From: a virus
Lineage: Duplodnaviria; Caudoviricetes
Reading direction: 5' to 3' (one strand)
Length of the DNA stretch: 64,000 nucleotides
IMG/VR virus record: IMGVR_UViG_3300001598_000040
Coordinates: 1 to 64,000 of that record
Shown: positions 39,706-47,590 of the stretch, one piece after another
Numbering within the stretch: position 1 is the first letter of the stretch
How the letters are laid out: the number at the start of each line of letters is the position of its first letter
Notes under the pieces: generated by a model
What the model was told of the DNA's origin: nothing
Databases searched by the model: none
Seen by the model: the letters and a program-made list of their open reading frames with translations, nothing else
Made by a program: the position numbers and the translations under genes

Positions 39706-40316
39706 ATAAAATGATTTTATTACGATTTTAAATTAGACCTTCGCCTTGCAATTAAATATTTTCTATTTTCTTCAGTCACAGTGTAGATATATGTGAACTT
39801 ATAGCCGCTAAACCATAAGCTATATATCTAATGAATATTTCGCAATCCAACTTCGCACTTGTTGGGATGTTTACCAACAACTTTCACCCGTCATTCACAT
39901 AATTTGATACATTTTATCATAATTGTTAATTTACTCAATGTTATCGCCAATTTGGGCTACTCGAACTTTAAACTCATCTTATACTCTACTTTCATAGTAT
40001 CAACAGCGAACCTTATTATTGGTATTTCTTGAGTTTGCTATAAACTACCAATTTATAACCTTATCAAGATTATTCTCCACAGGAGCGTCTATTATTAAGG
40101 CGATGAGAATAATACTTTAAATAGCAATATTCAATTGTACATTCTACCAGAACTCTTTGATTTATACTCAAGCAATAACTATATCACTATAATTATTTTC
40201 ATATATACCAAGTATCCTTAGTATAAAATCCTATCCCTCTTTAAGGTAGAACTCTCAGCCGCATAACATTGCGGTTTACACTGAGTTAATTTAAAACCAT
40301 AATAAAATCATCTTAT
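39706..40316 (-). ncRNA. Candidate large structured ncRNA (~611 nt), ROOL/GOLLD-like
   Basis: No ORF in the track; ends 40316-40287 and 39735-39706 form a contiguous 30-bp helix with three G.U pairs only on the minus strand; many internal helices and GNRA loops; next to tRNAs. Confidence 0.8.
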
Positions 40317-40320
40317 AGTT

Positions 40321-40364
40321 TGGGAATTTAAGGAGTTGCACCTTCTGTTTCACTGGTATTCCCA
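40321..40364 (-). ncRNA. Mini tRNA-like element (acceptor stem plus T-arm only)
   Basis: UGGGAAU...AUUCCCA 7-bp stem enclosing AAGG-UGCAACU-CCUU. Confidence 0.45.
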
Positions 40365-40480
40365 TATTCGGGGTGGTTAACCCCGATTAATTTATCTTAG
40401 AAAGGATGATAAATTTTTATGGAGTTTTAAAGTCAACTAACTGCACATCTGTTGTCATAGGAAGTTTTGCTATTCCTTTA

Positions 40481-40557
40481 TGGGTGCGAGAACAGGATTT
40501 GAACCTGTGACCTTCTGATAATGAGTCAGACGAGCTACCAAACTGCTCCATCTCGCT
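40481..40557 (-). tRNA. tRNA-Met(CAT), initiator-like body with atypical features
   Basis: Full cloverleaf, encoded CCA, unpaired 1:72, fMet-like D arm; anticodon arm UCUGA-CUCAUUA-UCAGA. Confidence 0.88.
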
Positions 40558-40639
40558 ATATGTAAAGATGTGATAACCTTAACTAAAAGGGAGGATGCAC
40601 TATGGAAAACACATTTTATTTTTATCACATCTTCATTAC
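40558..40639 (-). ncRNA. Candidate paired-termini antisense RNA (5' leader of tRNA-Met)
   Basis: 12-bp perfect stem (40633-40622 with 40576-40565) closing a 45-nt loop containing UUCCAU...CCUCCCUUUU. Confidence 0.5.
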
Positions 40640-40645
40640 ATATAT

Positions 40646-40674
40646 ATTATATCAAAAATTTTTTTTAAAATCAA
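40646..40674 (-). promoter_or_regulatory. sigmaA promoter for the tRNA-Met/ncRNA transcript
   Basis: TTGATT-17 bp-TATAAT. Confidence 0.8.
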
Positions 40675-40803
40675 ATTTTTATATAATATATTTTTAAACA
40701 TCTCTAATCCGCACGATAGTCCGATAACTTGATGTTTTGAGTTTGTCGAAAGACTTGAGAAAAAAAATTTTTTTTGAAAGGAGGCATTTAAACTAGAAGC
40801 CTC

Positions 40804-40879
40804 TGGAGCTAGTGATAAGAATCGAACTTACAACATCCTCATTACAAGTGAGGTACTCTGCCTATTGAGCTACACTAGC
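40804..40879 (-). tRNA. tRNA-Thr(TGT)
   Basis: GCTAGTG/CACTAGC acceptor, CCTCA-CTTGTAA-TGAGG anticodon arm, TTCGA, CCA. Confidence 0.95.
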
Positions 40880-40885
40880 ATAAAT

Positions 40886-40973
40886 TGGAGGAAAGTGTGA
40901 GATTTGAATTCACGGAGGTATTACCCTCTACACATTAGCAATGTGTTGGTTTAAGCCGCTCACCCAACTTTCC
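40886..40973 (-). tRNA. tRNA-Ser(GCT)
   Basis: GGAAAGT/ACTTTCC acceptor, ACACA-TTGCTAA-TGTGT, long variable arm, CCA. Confidence 0.93.
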
Positions 40974-40977
40974 ATAT

Positions 40978-41053
40978 TGGTGAGAATGGAGAGGCTTGAA
41001 CTCTCAACTCCAACATTAAAAGTGTTGTACTCTGCCTATTGAGTTACATTCTC
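40978..41053 (-). tRNA. tRNA-Lys(TTT)
   Basis: GAGAATG/CATTCTC acceptor, CAACA-CTTTTAA-TGTTG, TTCAA, CCA. Confidence 0.95.
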
Positions 41054-41283
41054 GTGTGGGCGGTTGTGTGTTATACACTAAAGACTAACCGCCTTAGCCT
41101 ATTAAATATCTGCCAAGCGTTTCAAGCACTCTTTAGTTTCTATTTAATCAATAGAAACAATCACGCATAATCCATTAGTGCTATGGATGTTTGGACTCAC
41201 TCTAAGTAACTACGCCGCATTTCAGCTTTGCGTTCTTAAAGGATGTTGTGTCATTTTTAAATCGCACACACATTTTGCGATAT

Positions 41284-41367
41284 TGGTGCGGAAGGAGAGA
41301 CTTGAACTCTCACGACCGAAGTCTGCGGATTTTAAGTCCGCTATGTCTGCCATTCCATCACATCCGC
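41284..41367 (-). tRNA. tRNA-Leu(TAA)
   Basis: GCGGATG/CTTCCGC acceptor (one mismatch), GCGGA-CTTAAAA-TCCGC, variable arm, CCA. Confidence 0.92.
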
Positions 41368-41480
41368 AGATTTATAAGTCAACCATAAAGGAAAGTCAGA
41401 GTCCTTTTACTTTTACAACTTATTTGGACGATTAGGATACTTATATTAAAGTGTAGTTTCCTAAACAAACACTGTGATTA

Positions 41481-41735
41481 TTAATCATCAATCGTTTTTA
41501 CAACGAATACATCCCATACTTCTGGACCTTTAAATTCTACATACTCCTGATCGTCATAATCAATAGTTGAATATGTAAAATCATTTGTCATCCAATATTC
41601 AGTAAATTCTTTTTGAACTAATTCATCTCTATATTCTCTTGCCTTATCAATATCATTAAAAATTTTATCGCAACAAGTATTTACCATATCATCTAAATCT
41701 GTGTAATAAATGTGTTGTACTAAATATCTTTTCAT
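41481..41735 (-). CDS. Hypothetical phage protein
   Basis: RBS-preceded ORF. Confidence 0.55.
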   Translation of the reverse strand: MKRYLVQHIYYTDLDDMVNTCCDKIFNDIDKAREYRDELVQKEFTEYWMTNDFTYSTIDYDDQEYVEFKGPEVWDVFVVKTIDD

Positions 41736-41774
41736 AAATTTATAATCCTTTCTTAAATTATATCAAAAATTTTT

Positions 41775-42023
41775 TTAAGAGTCAATTTTTTCAATTGGAC
41801 ACCAATAAGTTACTTCTTCTGCTGGTAATAGTCTATCATTCACAACGAATCCGCAGAATTGTTTACCATCATTAAAGAAATCTTCTTCATATTGAGTAAC
41901 ATAATAACTTCCGTCATATGCAATTAATATATCATCAGATATATTACATATAAAATCTTCAACAAAAGATTTCTTCAGTGGAGGAAGTTCATTTTTAACT
42001 AATTTCCATTCCATTTTTAACAC
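41775..42023 (-). CDS. Small phage protein, DUF551-like (W..V...LP...V.YW.PI)
   Basis: EWKLVKNELP and EVTYWCPI termini. Confidence 0.55.
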   Translation of the reverse strand: MLKMEWKLVKNELPPLKKSFVEDFICNISDDILIAYDGSYYVTQYEEDFFNDGKQFCGFVVNDRLLPAEEVTYWCPIEKIDS

Positions 42024-42078
42024 TCCTTTAACTTAATTACATATATATTATATCATATATTTTTAAAAAAATCAAATG

Positions 42079-42309
42079 TTAATTTTTACCATTTTCTTCT
42101 GTGTTCTCAATCATAATCCAATATATATGAGAACCATAATCACAGTATTCAATATTATTTTCTATCCATCCTCGATAATATAATGCTTCTCTGCCTGTAG
42201 TCTTAACTACATAATCATATATAAATTTATTAATCGTATCTCTATTATCAAAAGAATTAAGTAAATTTTTTTTATCTTCCATAATGGAATATAAATATAC
42301 ATTATACAT
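42079..42309 (-). CDS. Hypothetical phage protein
   Basis: RBS-preceded ORF. Confidence 0.55.
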   Translation of the reverse strand: MYNVYLYSIMEDKKNLLNSFDNRDTINKFIYDYVVKTTGREALYYRGWIENNIEYCDYGSHIYWIMIENTEENGKN

Positions 42310-42321
42310 ATCATATCTCCT

Positions 42322-42591
42322 TTAAGTATTCAATCCTAAAATATCTAAATACTGTTCAACTTTCTTTTCAATATCTTCTGCGGATTCACCTTGTTTACCA
42401 AAAGAATAACTATCATTAATCTCCATAGGAGTTTTGGGAGCTGTTAGTGAGAAACATAATTGAACAACTTCTTCGTCATCTAAATGATAATTTACATATA
42501 GTTTTTTATCTATTAGTGCGGATCTTCCTTCATACATATTTAAAATGTCATTAATAGCTATTTGTTTTGCAGCATCTGAACTTTTAGCCAT
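42322..42591 (-). CDS. Hypothetical phage protein
   Basis: Promoter and RBS upstream. Confidence 0.6.
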   Translation of the reverse strand: MAKSSDAAKQIAINDILNMYEGRSALIDKKLYVNYHLDDEEVVQLCFSLTAPKTPMEINDSYSFGKQGESAEDIEKKVEQYLDILGLNT

Positions 42592-42643
42592 TTTATCACC
42601 TCTTTAATTTCTATATATATTATATAATATATTTTATAAAAAA

Positions 42644-42880
42644 TCAATTTTTAATCTCTAATGAGGACTCTTCAATTTCTTTATATTTATCCGAGTCTAA
42701 AATAAAATGAGGTTCTGGTTTAAAGTTATCACAATAGTAACAAAAATCCGCAGAATATGGAATACCAAATATCTGCAGAAATAAAGATTGAATTTGTTGT
42801 TTTGTAATATTATCTTGAACTTGAACTAGTTGTTCTCCTCGTTGTCCATTTTCTGTAAATACTCCAAGTAATAAATTCAT
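42644..42880 (-). CDS. Hypothetical phage protein
   Basis: Start overlaps the upstream stop codon. Confidence 0.5.
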   Translation of the reverse strand: MNLLLGVFTENGQRGEQLVQVQDNITKQQIQSLFLQIFGIPYSADFCYYCDNFKPEPHFILDSDKYKEIEESSLEIKN

Positions 42881-43566
42881 TATATAGACTCCTTTTTATA
42901 ATCGCGGCTGTCCGCTCTCATATATTCAATAGTACATTCATCATCTTCTATTATCATATAAGCCATTCTATGCTTTCTTACGCAGCCTGCGTCTAAATCA
43001 ATATCATTATCTTTTATAGGTATTACTGTTGGTGTATGACCATGCACATATATCAAATCTTCGTTTTTATAAAAATAATCCCTATTCCAACTGTAGTCAT
43101 TACCAATATTTCTATTAAAGCTATTATAAAAATCTATACCATCTTTTGATGATAATAATTCTTCATCTTCATTCTGCGGATATAATGAGTGGCTAAATCT
43201 ATAGTTGTCAAATTTATATAACCATTGTGAGTTTTTAACTAGCCATTTACAGTCCTCCGTCATATCTTCAGAATGATAACTATCAATTGTCTGAAAACCG
43301 CCATTGTTATACCAACAAGATTTTGAAGTTATATCCCTAAATAAAACAGCTTCACACCACATTATATCGTGATTACCTCTAAGTATAATACAATCATCAT
43401 TATATTTATTTTTCATTTCCTTTAATAATTCAATAACTTTTTTAGTGTTTAAACCTCTATCGCAATAGTCACCAAGAAAAATAATTTTATCAAATATATC
43501 TAAATCTATAACTTTTTTAGCCGTGTAATAAAATCCGTGTATGTCAGTTAGCACTAAAGTTTTCAT
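42880..43566 (-). CDS. PPP-family Ser/Thr phosphatase-like metallophosphoesterase
   Basis: DIHG, GDYCDRG, RGNHD, NGG..T..SY, HGHTP, D.G. Confidence 0.9.
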   Translation of the reverse strand: MKTLVLTDIHGFYYTAKKVIDLDIFDKIIFLGDYCDRGLNTKKVIELLKEMKNKYNDDCIILRGNHDIMWCEAVLFRDITSKSCWYNNGGFQTIDSYHSEDMTEDCKWLVKNSQWLYKFDNYRFSHSLYPQNEDEELLSSKDGIDFYNSFNRNIGNDYSWNRDYFYKNEDLIYVHGHTPTVIPIKDNDIDLDAGCVRKHRMAYMIIEDDECTIEYMRADSRDYKKESI

Positions 43567-43660
43567 TTTTTTTCATCTCCTTAATTATTTTTATTAGCAA
43601 ATAAAGCAATTGTAGTTTAATTATTTAAAAAAATTTTTTAAATTATGTATTTTCTATCAT

Positions 43661-44170
43661 TCATATAATTTCAATTAAAGAATTTTTCATTAGTGATAAT
43701 GCTAGATTGTGATTATCTTTAGTTGAACCCGCACATAAATTAGCTTTAACTTTAATAGGAATATAAGGAAAAGCGTTTCTTAATATAATAGCATTATTTA
43801 AAACACAAATATCAGTACATACTCCAACAAGAGTAATAGATTCTATATTCTTATATTTCTGCAATTCTTTAACTAATTTTAAGCTACCAAAAGTTGATTT
43901 GCGGATAAATATAGTATCTTCATCTGTTGTTTTCATTAGTAAAGATGGAATTTCCCATCCCTGAGAAGAATGGTAACAATGTTTTGGAATATTCTTACCT
44001 TCTATTGTAAGTTTATATCTAATATCGTGAGTGTCTTGAGTAAATACTTTAAGACCATTAAAATTTTTACAGAGTTTAGCTATTTTTGGTACTAAATCTT
44101 TTGCGTGCGGATTCCGCAGTGTACCATCGATAAAATCATTTTGCATATCTACTATTACTAATACATCCAT
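43661..44170 (-). CDS. Isochorismatase-family cysteine hydrolase (nicotinamidase-like)
   Basis: VDMQNDF.DG, DTH, HC, KSTFG, GVCTDICV. Confidence 0.88.
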   Translation of the reverse strand: MDVLVIVDMQNDFIDGTLRNPHAKDLVPKIAKLCKNFNGLKVFTQDTHDIRYKLTIEGKNIPKHCYHSSQGWEIPSLLMKTTDEDTIFIRKSTFGSLKLVKELQKYKNIESITLVGVCTDICVLNNAIILRNAFPYIPIKVKANLCAGSTKDNHNLALSLMKNSLIEII

Positions 44171-44184
44171 ATTATTTCTCCTTC

Positions 44185-44412
44185 TTATGAATACCATTTT
44201 AGAGCTTTTTCAAATATTGTAACTCCTTCTTCATACCCTAAACTTTTTAATACTTTACACATTAAGTTATCCATATCTCTATGCATATCTTCTTTGTCAT
44301 ATTTATTATATAAATATTGATGAGACGATTCCGCATTTTCTTCTGTGTCGATATATACTTGCATTTTAAATGCAAATTCTTCAGGCGTTATAACATCTTT
44401 TCCATTTTTCAT
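44185..44412 (-). CDS. Hypothetical phage protein
   Basis: HRDMD.LMC.VL..LGY.EGV.IF motif. Confidence 0.6.
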   Translation of the reverse strand: MKNGKDVITPEEFAFKMQVYIDTEENAESSHQYLYNKYDKEDMHRDMDNLMCKVLKSLGYEEGVTIFEKALKWYS

Positions 44413-44427
44413 TTTAATATCTCCTAT

Positions 44428-44634
44428 TTAATCTTCAGTTATAAAAGCCAATTCAATACATTCATTATTACAATATTGAATATTAATATTATCTTCTGAA
44501 GATTCTATCTTTATAGTATAGTTATTAGTAATTAAAGTCTTTATTATATTATTAATATCATTAAAATAATCATTATTATCTTTATAATTGTATCTATACA
44601 ATTTTAAAGTGTCTATATACTCAGTTATTTTCAT
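44428..44634 (-). CDS. Hypothetical phage protein
   Basis: Operon-packed ORF. Confidence 0.5.
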   Translation of the reverse strand: MKITEYIDTLKLYRYNYKDNNDYFNDINNIIKTLITNNYTIKIESSEDNINIQYCNNECIELAFITED

Positions 44635-44834
44635 TATTTATTCTCCTTTTCTTTTACTTTATTAATTACAGCATCACAAAATGAAAATGTTTTTAAAGGT
44701 TTTCCTGTGAACTCTATAAACACATTAGCTAATTTATTATTTTCTTCAATAGCACAATAAAGATCATTCAACTTCTCCACAGGAAGTCCAGTTAGTTTAC
44801 TAATAGTTTTCATTAATTCAATTTCTTTATTCAT
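44634..44834 (-). CDS. Hypothetical phage protein
   Basis: Promoter and RBS upstream. Confidence 0.55.
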   Translation of the reverse strand: MNKEIELMKTISKLTGLPVEKLNDLYCAIEENNKLANVFIEFTGKPLKTFSFCDAVINKVKEKENK

Positions 44835-44956
44835 ATTTAATTCATTCCTTTCATATTTTCTATAATTATTATATAATATTTTTTTATTATAATCAACTTA
44901 GGAAAATTTTCTAATCCGCCGAGAAAATGTGAGATATTTATATTACTTTCCATTAA

Positions 44957-44985
44957 TTGATAATTAGAAAATTTTTTGGTATAAT
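44957..44985 (+). promoter_or_regulatory. sigmaA promoter for the plus-strand transporter gene
   Basis: TTGATA-17 bp-TATAAT with TG extension. Confidence 0.8.
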
Positions 44986-45016
44986 AATTATAGAGTAAAA
45001 ATAAAGGAGAATAGAT

Positions 45017-45586
45017 ATGTTCAAAACAATAGACAAGCATTTAAAGGAAAGTTTTATAGCGGGCTTTCTTATTGCAATAGCAACAATTTTATATTTAATA
45101 CTACTTCCTGTAAATAGTATATTAGCTGCATTTATGTTTTCCGCAGGGTTATATAGTGTATTTAGTTATAATGTTCCACTTTTTACAGGAGTATCAGGTA
45201 GATTTATAGAGGGACAAAAATCTTTAAGTAATATAGGTCTAATACTCATAGGTAATTTAGTAGGAGTGGCTTTTGTCGCTTTAGTGTTAGCTCCGAATAT
45301 GCTAGTTACGATTCCAACTTTAAGTATTAGTGGAATTGTCGCACGATCCTTTATCTGCGGAATTTTTATTGAAGCCGCAGTTCAAAGTAAATATAGCAAT
45401 ACTGCAATTCTTAGCACTATATTATATGTGATGGGATTCCTTTTAAGTGGCGGCGCGCATTGTATAGTATGGGCTTTCTATTTTATCTATGGTTGTAATA
45501 TAAATCCACTATATCTAATTGTTATAATTATAGGTAATTTCGTAGGTTGTAATTTTATAGGATTATTAAAAAAAGAGAAGAATTAA
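45017..45586 (+). CDS. Formate/nitrite transporter (FNT) family channel
   Basis: Six TM helices; AG..IAI, F..GL, LFTG loop, GN.VG, HC motif, GNFVG. Confidence 0.8.
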   Translation: MFKTIDKHLKESFIAGFLIAIATILYLILLPVNSILAAFMFSAGLYSVFSYNVPLFTGVSGRFIEGQKSLSNIGLILIGNLVGVAFVALVLAPNMLVTIPTLSISGIVARSFICGIFIEAAVQSKYSNTAILSTILYVMGFLLSGGAHCIVWAFYFIYGCNINPLYLIVIIIGNFVGCNFIGLLKKEKN

Positions 45587-45598
45587 TCTTCTCTTTTT
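45570..45598. terminator. Bidirectional terminator
   Basis: AAAAAGAGAAGA-ATTAA-TCTTCTCTTTTT. Confidence 0.8.
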
Positions 45599-45600
45599 AT

Positions 45601-45772
45601 CTATGAGATATATTCGTATTTAATAGGTAGAAATTTCCATTTTATTGTACTTTTATTTAAATACTGAAATTCAAGATCAGAAGTTAACCTATATAAAGTT
45701 TTAGTTAAATCTAAACATTTCATATGGTTTAACTCCTAATTCATTGAATATATTTTCAATTATTTTATTCAT
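45601..45772 (-). pseudogene. Frameshifted remnant (IFNELGVKPYEMF / LYRLTSDLEFQY)
   Basis: RBS and promoter upstream; early TAA with the reading continuing in the +1 frame; resembles the 49847-49515 frame. Confidence 0.45.
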
Positions 45773-45874
45773 ATTTCATTCCTCTTTCCTATTCATTTTC
45801 TATATATATATTATATAATAATTTTTTATATAAAACAAAAAGAGTGGTCAAAAGACCACTCCTCTTTATAAGAT

Positions 45875-46261
45875 TTAGGCAAGTGTATAAACTGTCTTAT
45901 TACCTTTTGATGTAGCAACCTTTTTCTTAGCAGCTTCACCAACAGTAACAAGTTGATTAAGTCTTGATTGAACAATACCGTGTGTAAGATCCTTATCACC
46001 AATCTCAGCAAGAATATCATCAGCAGACTTCTCTGTTTCAGCATCAAGATATGACTTAACTAATGCTCTTACCTCATCGCCAAGTTCCTTTCTCTTTGCA
46101 GCTCTCTCTTGATCTGAAGCGTGTCTCTTGTCGATTAGAGTAATCTCATTCTTTACGAACTCAACAAGCTCTTCCTTAACTTCCGCAGTATAAGTTGTAT
46201 CATTTGTACCTACTGCACTAAGAATCTCCACTAACTTTTCAAACTTTTCTCTCTTTGTCAT
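45875..46261 (-). CDS. Winged-helix protein, paralogue of 54350-54736
   Basis: EL.EF...EI.L..K N-terminus; SADDILA.......GIVQSRLNQLV..G...K......VY.L; probable start 46261. Confidence 0.7.
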   Translation of the reverse strand: MTKREKFEKLVEILSAVGTNDTTYTAEVKEELVEFVKNEITLIDKRHASDQERAAKRKELGDEVRALVKSYLDAETEKSADDILAEIGDKDLTHGIVQSRLNQLVTVGEAAKKKVATSKGNKTVYTLA

Positions 46262-46437
46262 AATTAAAATCTCCTTTAAAATATTATAGTTTATTATTTT
46301 TAGATGTCTATCCATCTCTATAATTATTATATCATAATTTTTTTATAAAGTCAAAACTTTTTAAAATTTTATGCTTTTTACAAGATGGATATTCAATCTT
46401 TATTACATATTTATTATATCATAATTTTTTGATAAAA

Positions 46438-46644
46438 TCAAATTTTTTCTTCAGGGTTTTCAAAATTTTCATATACTTCTTTAATTTCTAAAGCATCTTT
46501 TTCTACATCTTCTGATATTTCTTTCTTTGAAAAAACATCCAATAGAATATTATTTAAAGTATTCATTTGTCTGGTTAAAAGTATTAATTGTTTAATTATT
46601 AAATCATTTTGTGATATAATTAGCTTTTCATTTTCATTTTCCAT
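46438..46644 (-). CDS. Hypothetical protein
   Basis: RBS-preceded ORF. Confidence 0.5.
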   Translation of the reverse strand: MENENEKLIISQNDLIIKQLILLTRQMNTLNNILLDVFSKKEISEDVEKDALEIKEVYENFENPEEKI

Positions 46645-47091
46645 AACTATCCCTCCTTTACGACAGTAAAGTCATATTCTGTGACATCTCCAGAATCTAC
46701 TCTGTCAATAAGTTCTCTTAAAGCCAATTCCTTAGCATAAGACTCAACATCAACATACTCGTAATTAAGATCTTCGACATCAACATCCATTTCAAAAACA
46801 AATCTAACATTCATAAATTTTTCATCCTTTCGTATTTTCTATATATATTATATAATATTTTTTCATATAAATCAAATTTTTATTTTTGATATTTTTCTCT
46901 GACAAAAGACATTGCATCTTCTAAAGAACCTTTAAAAACTTGTTTATTATCTACAAATAGAATGTAGTCATCTTTATCTTTTGAAACGCGGATTTCGCAG
47001 TTATTCATTGTCTTTTCTCCTCCTTATCATCTCTATCCATTGAAGAATACCAACTATTAGAATTAGAAAACTAAAATTACCACTTAGCATT

Positions 47092-47355
47092 TCAGTTACT
47101 ATCGTAGTTATAAATTGCGTCATCGCCATTTTCCTCTCTGTCATAAAGACCTTTATATTTCTCGTTTGACATATAAATAAAACTACCTTCATCTTCAAAC
47201 GCATATTCTATTCCTATTTCAAAATCATTAGAGAAAATAGATATATTATATCCTTGTTTTAATAATATTTCAATAATTTTATTCATATCACTTAGCAACT
47301 CTGAAAAATGGTCATAATTATTTTTTATAAGGTATAAAACTGTAGTTTTAACCAT
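47092..47355 (-). CDS. Hypothetical phage protein
   Basis: RBS-preceded ORF. Confidence 0.5.
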   Translation of the reverse strand: MVKTTVLYLIKNNYDHFSELLSDMNKIIEILLKQGYNISIFSNDFEIGIEYAFEDEGSFIYMSNEKYKGLYDREENGDDAIYNYDSN

Positions 47356-47368
47356 TCTATCTCTCCTT

Positions 47369-47587
47369 TTAAATTTTATTATAAAGTTTTTGTAATACTC
47401 CCTGCGGAATATCTGTCCAGTCTAGACCGATGCCGCAGTGTTTACAAAAGTTATAACTATTATCTACAAAAGTAGAACAAATAGGACAAACATAGAATCG
47501 ACAATCATACGGCGCAGGCGCTGGTCTAATATTTGTCTTTCTATCATACCATTCATTAATTATATTTTCAGTAGTAGTTCTTTCCAT
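47369..47587 (-). CDS. Small Zn-ribbon protein
   Basis: CPIC......YNFCKHCG..LDW. Confidence 0.65.
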   Translation of the reverse strand: MERTTTENIINEWYDRKTNIRPAPAPYDCRFYVCPICSTFVDNSYNFCKHCGIGLDWTDIPQGVLQKLYNKI

Positions 47588-47590
47588 TTA

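Noticed and set aside
40602-40697. Type I toxin peptide on the plus strand
   Set aside because: It has a good RBS but no plus-strand promoter was found, and its hydrophobicity comes from reading through AT-rich promoter DNA; kept only as an alternative to the antisense model
39706-41283. tmRNA, RNase P RNA or SRP RNA
   Set aside because: No GGGG..ACCA tRNA-like ends with a tag reading frame, no RNase P P4 consensus and no SRP GGAA loop motif were recognised
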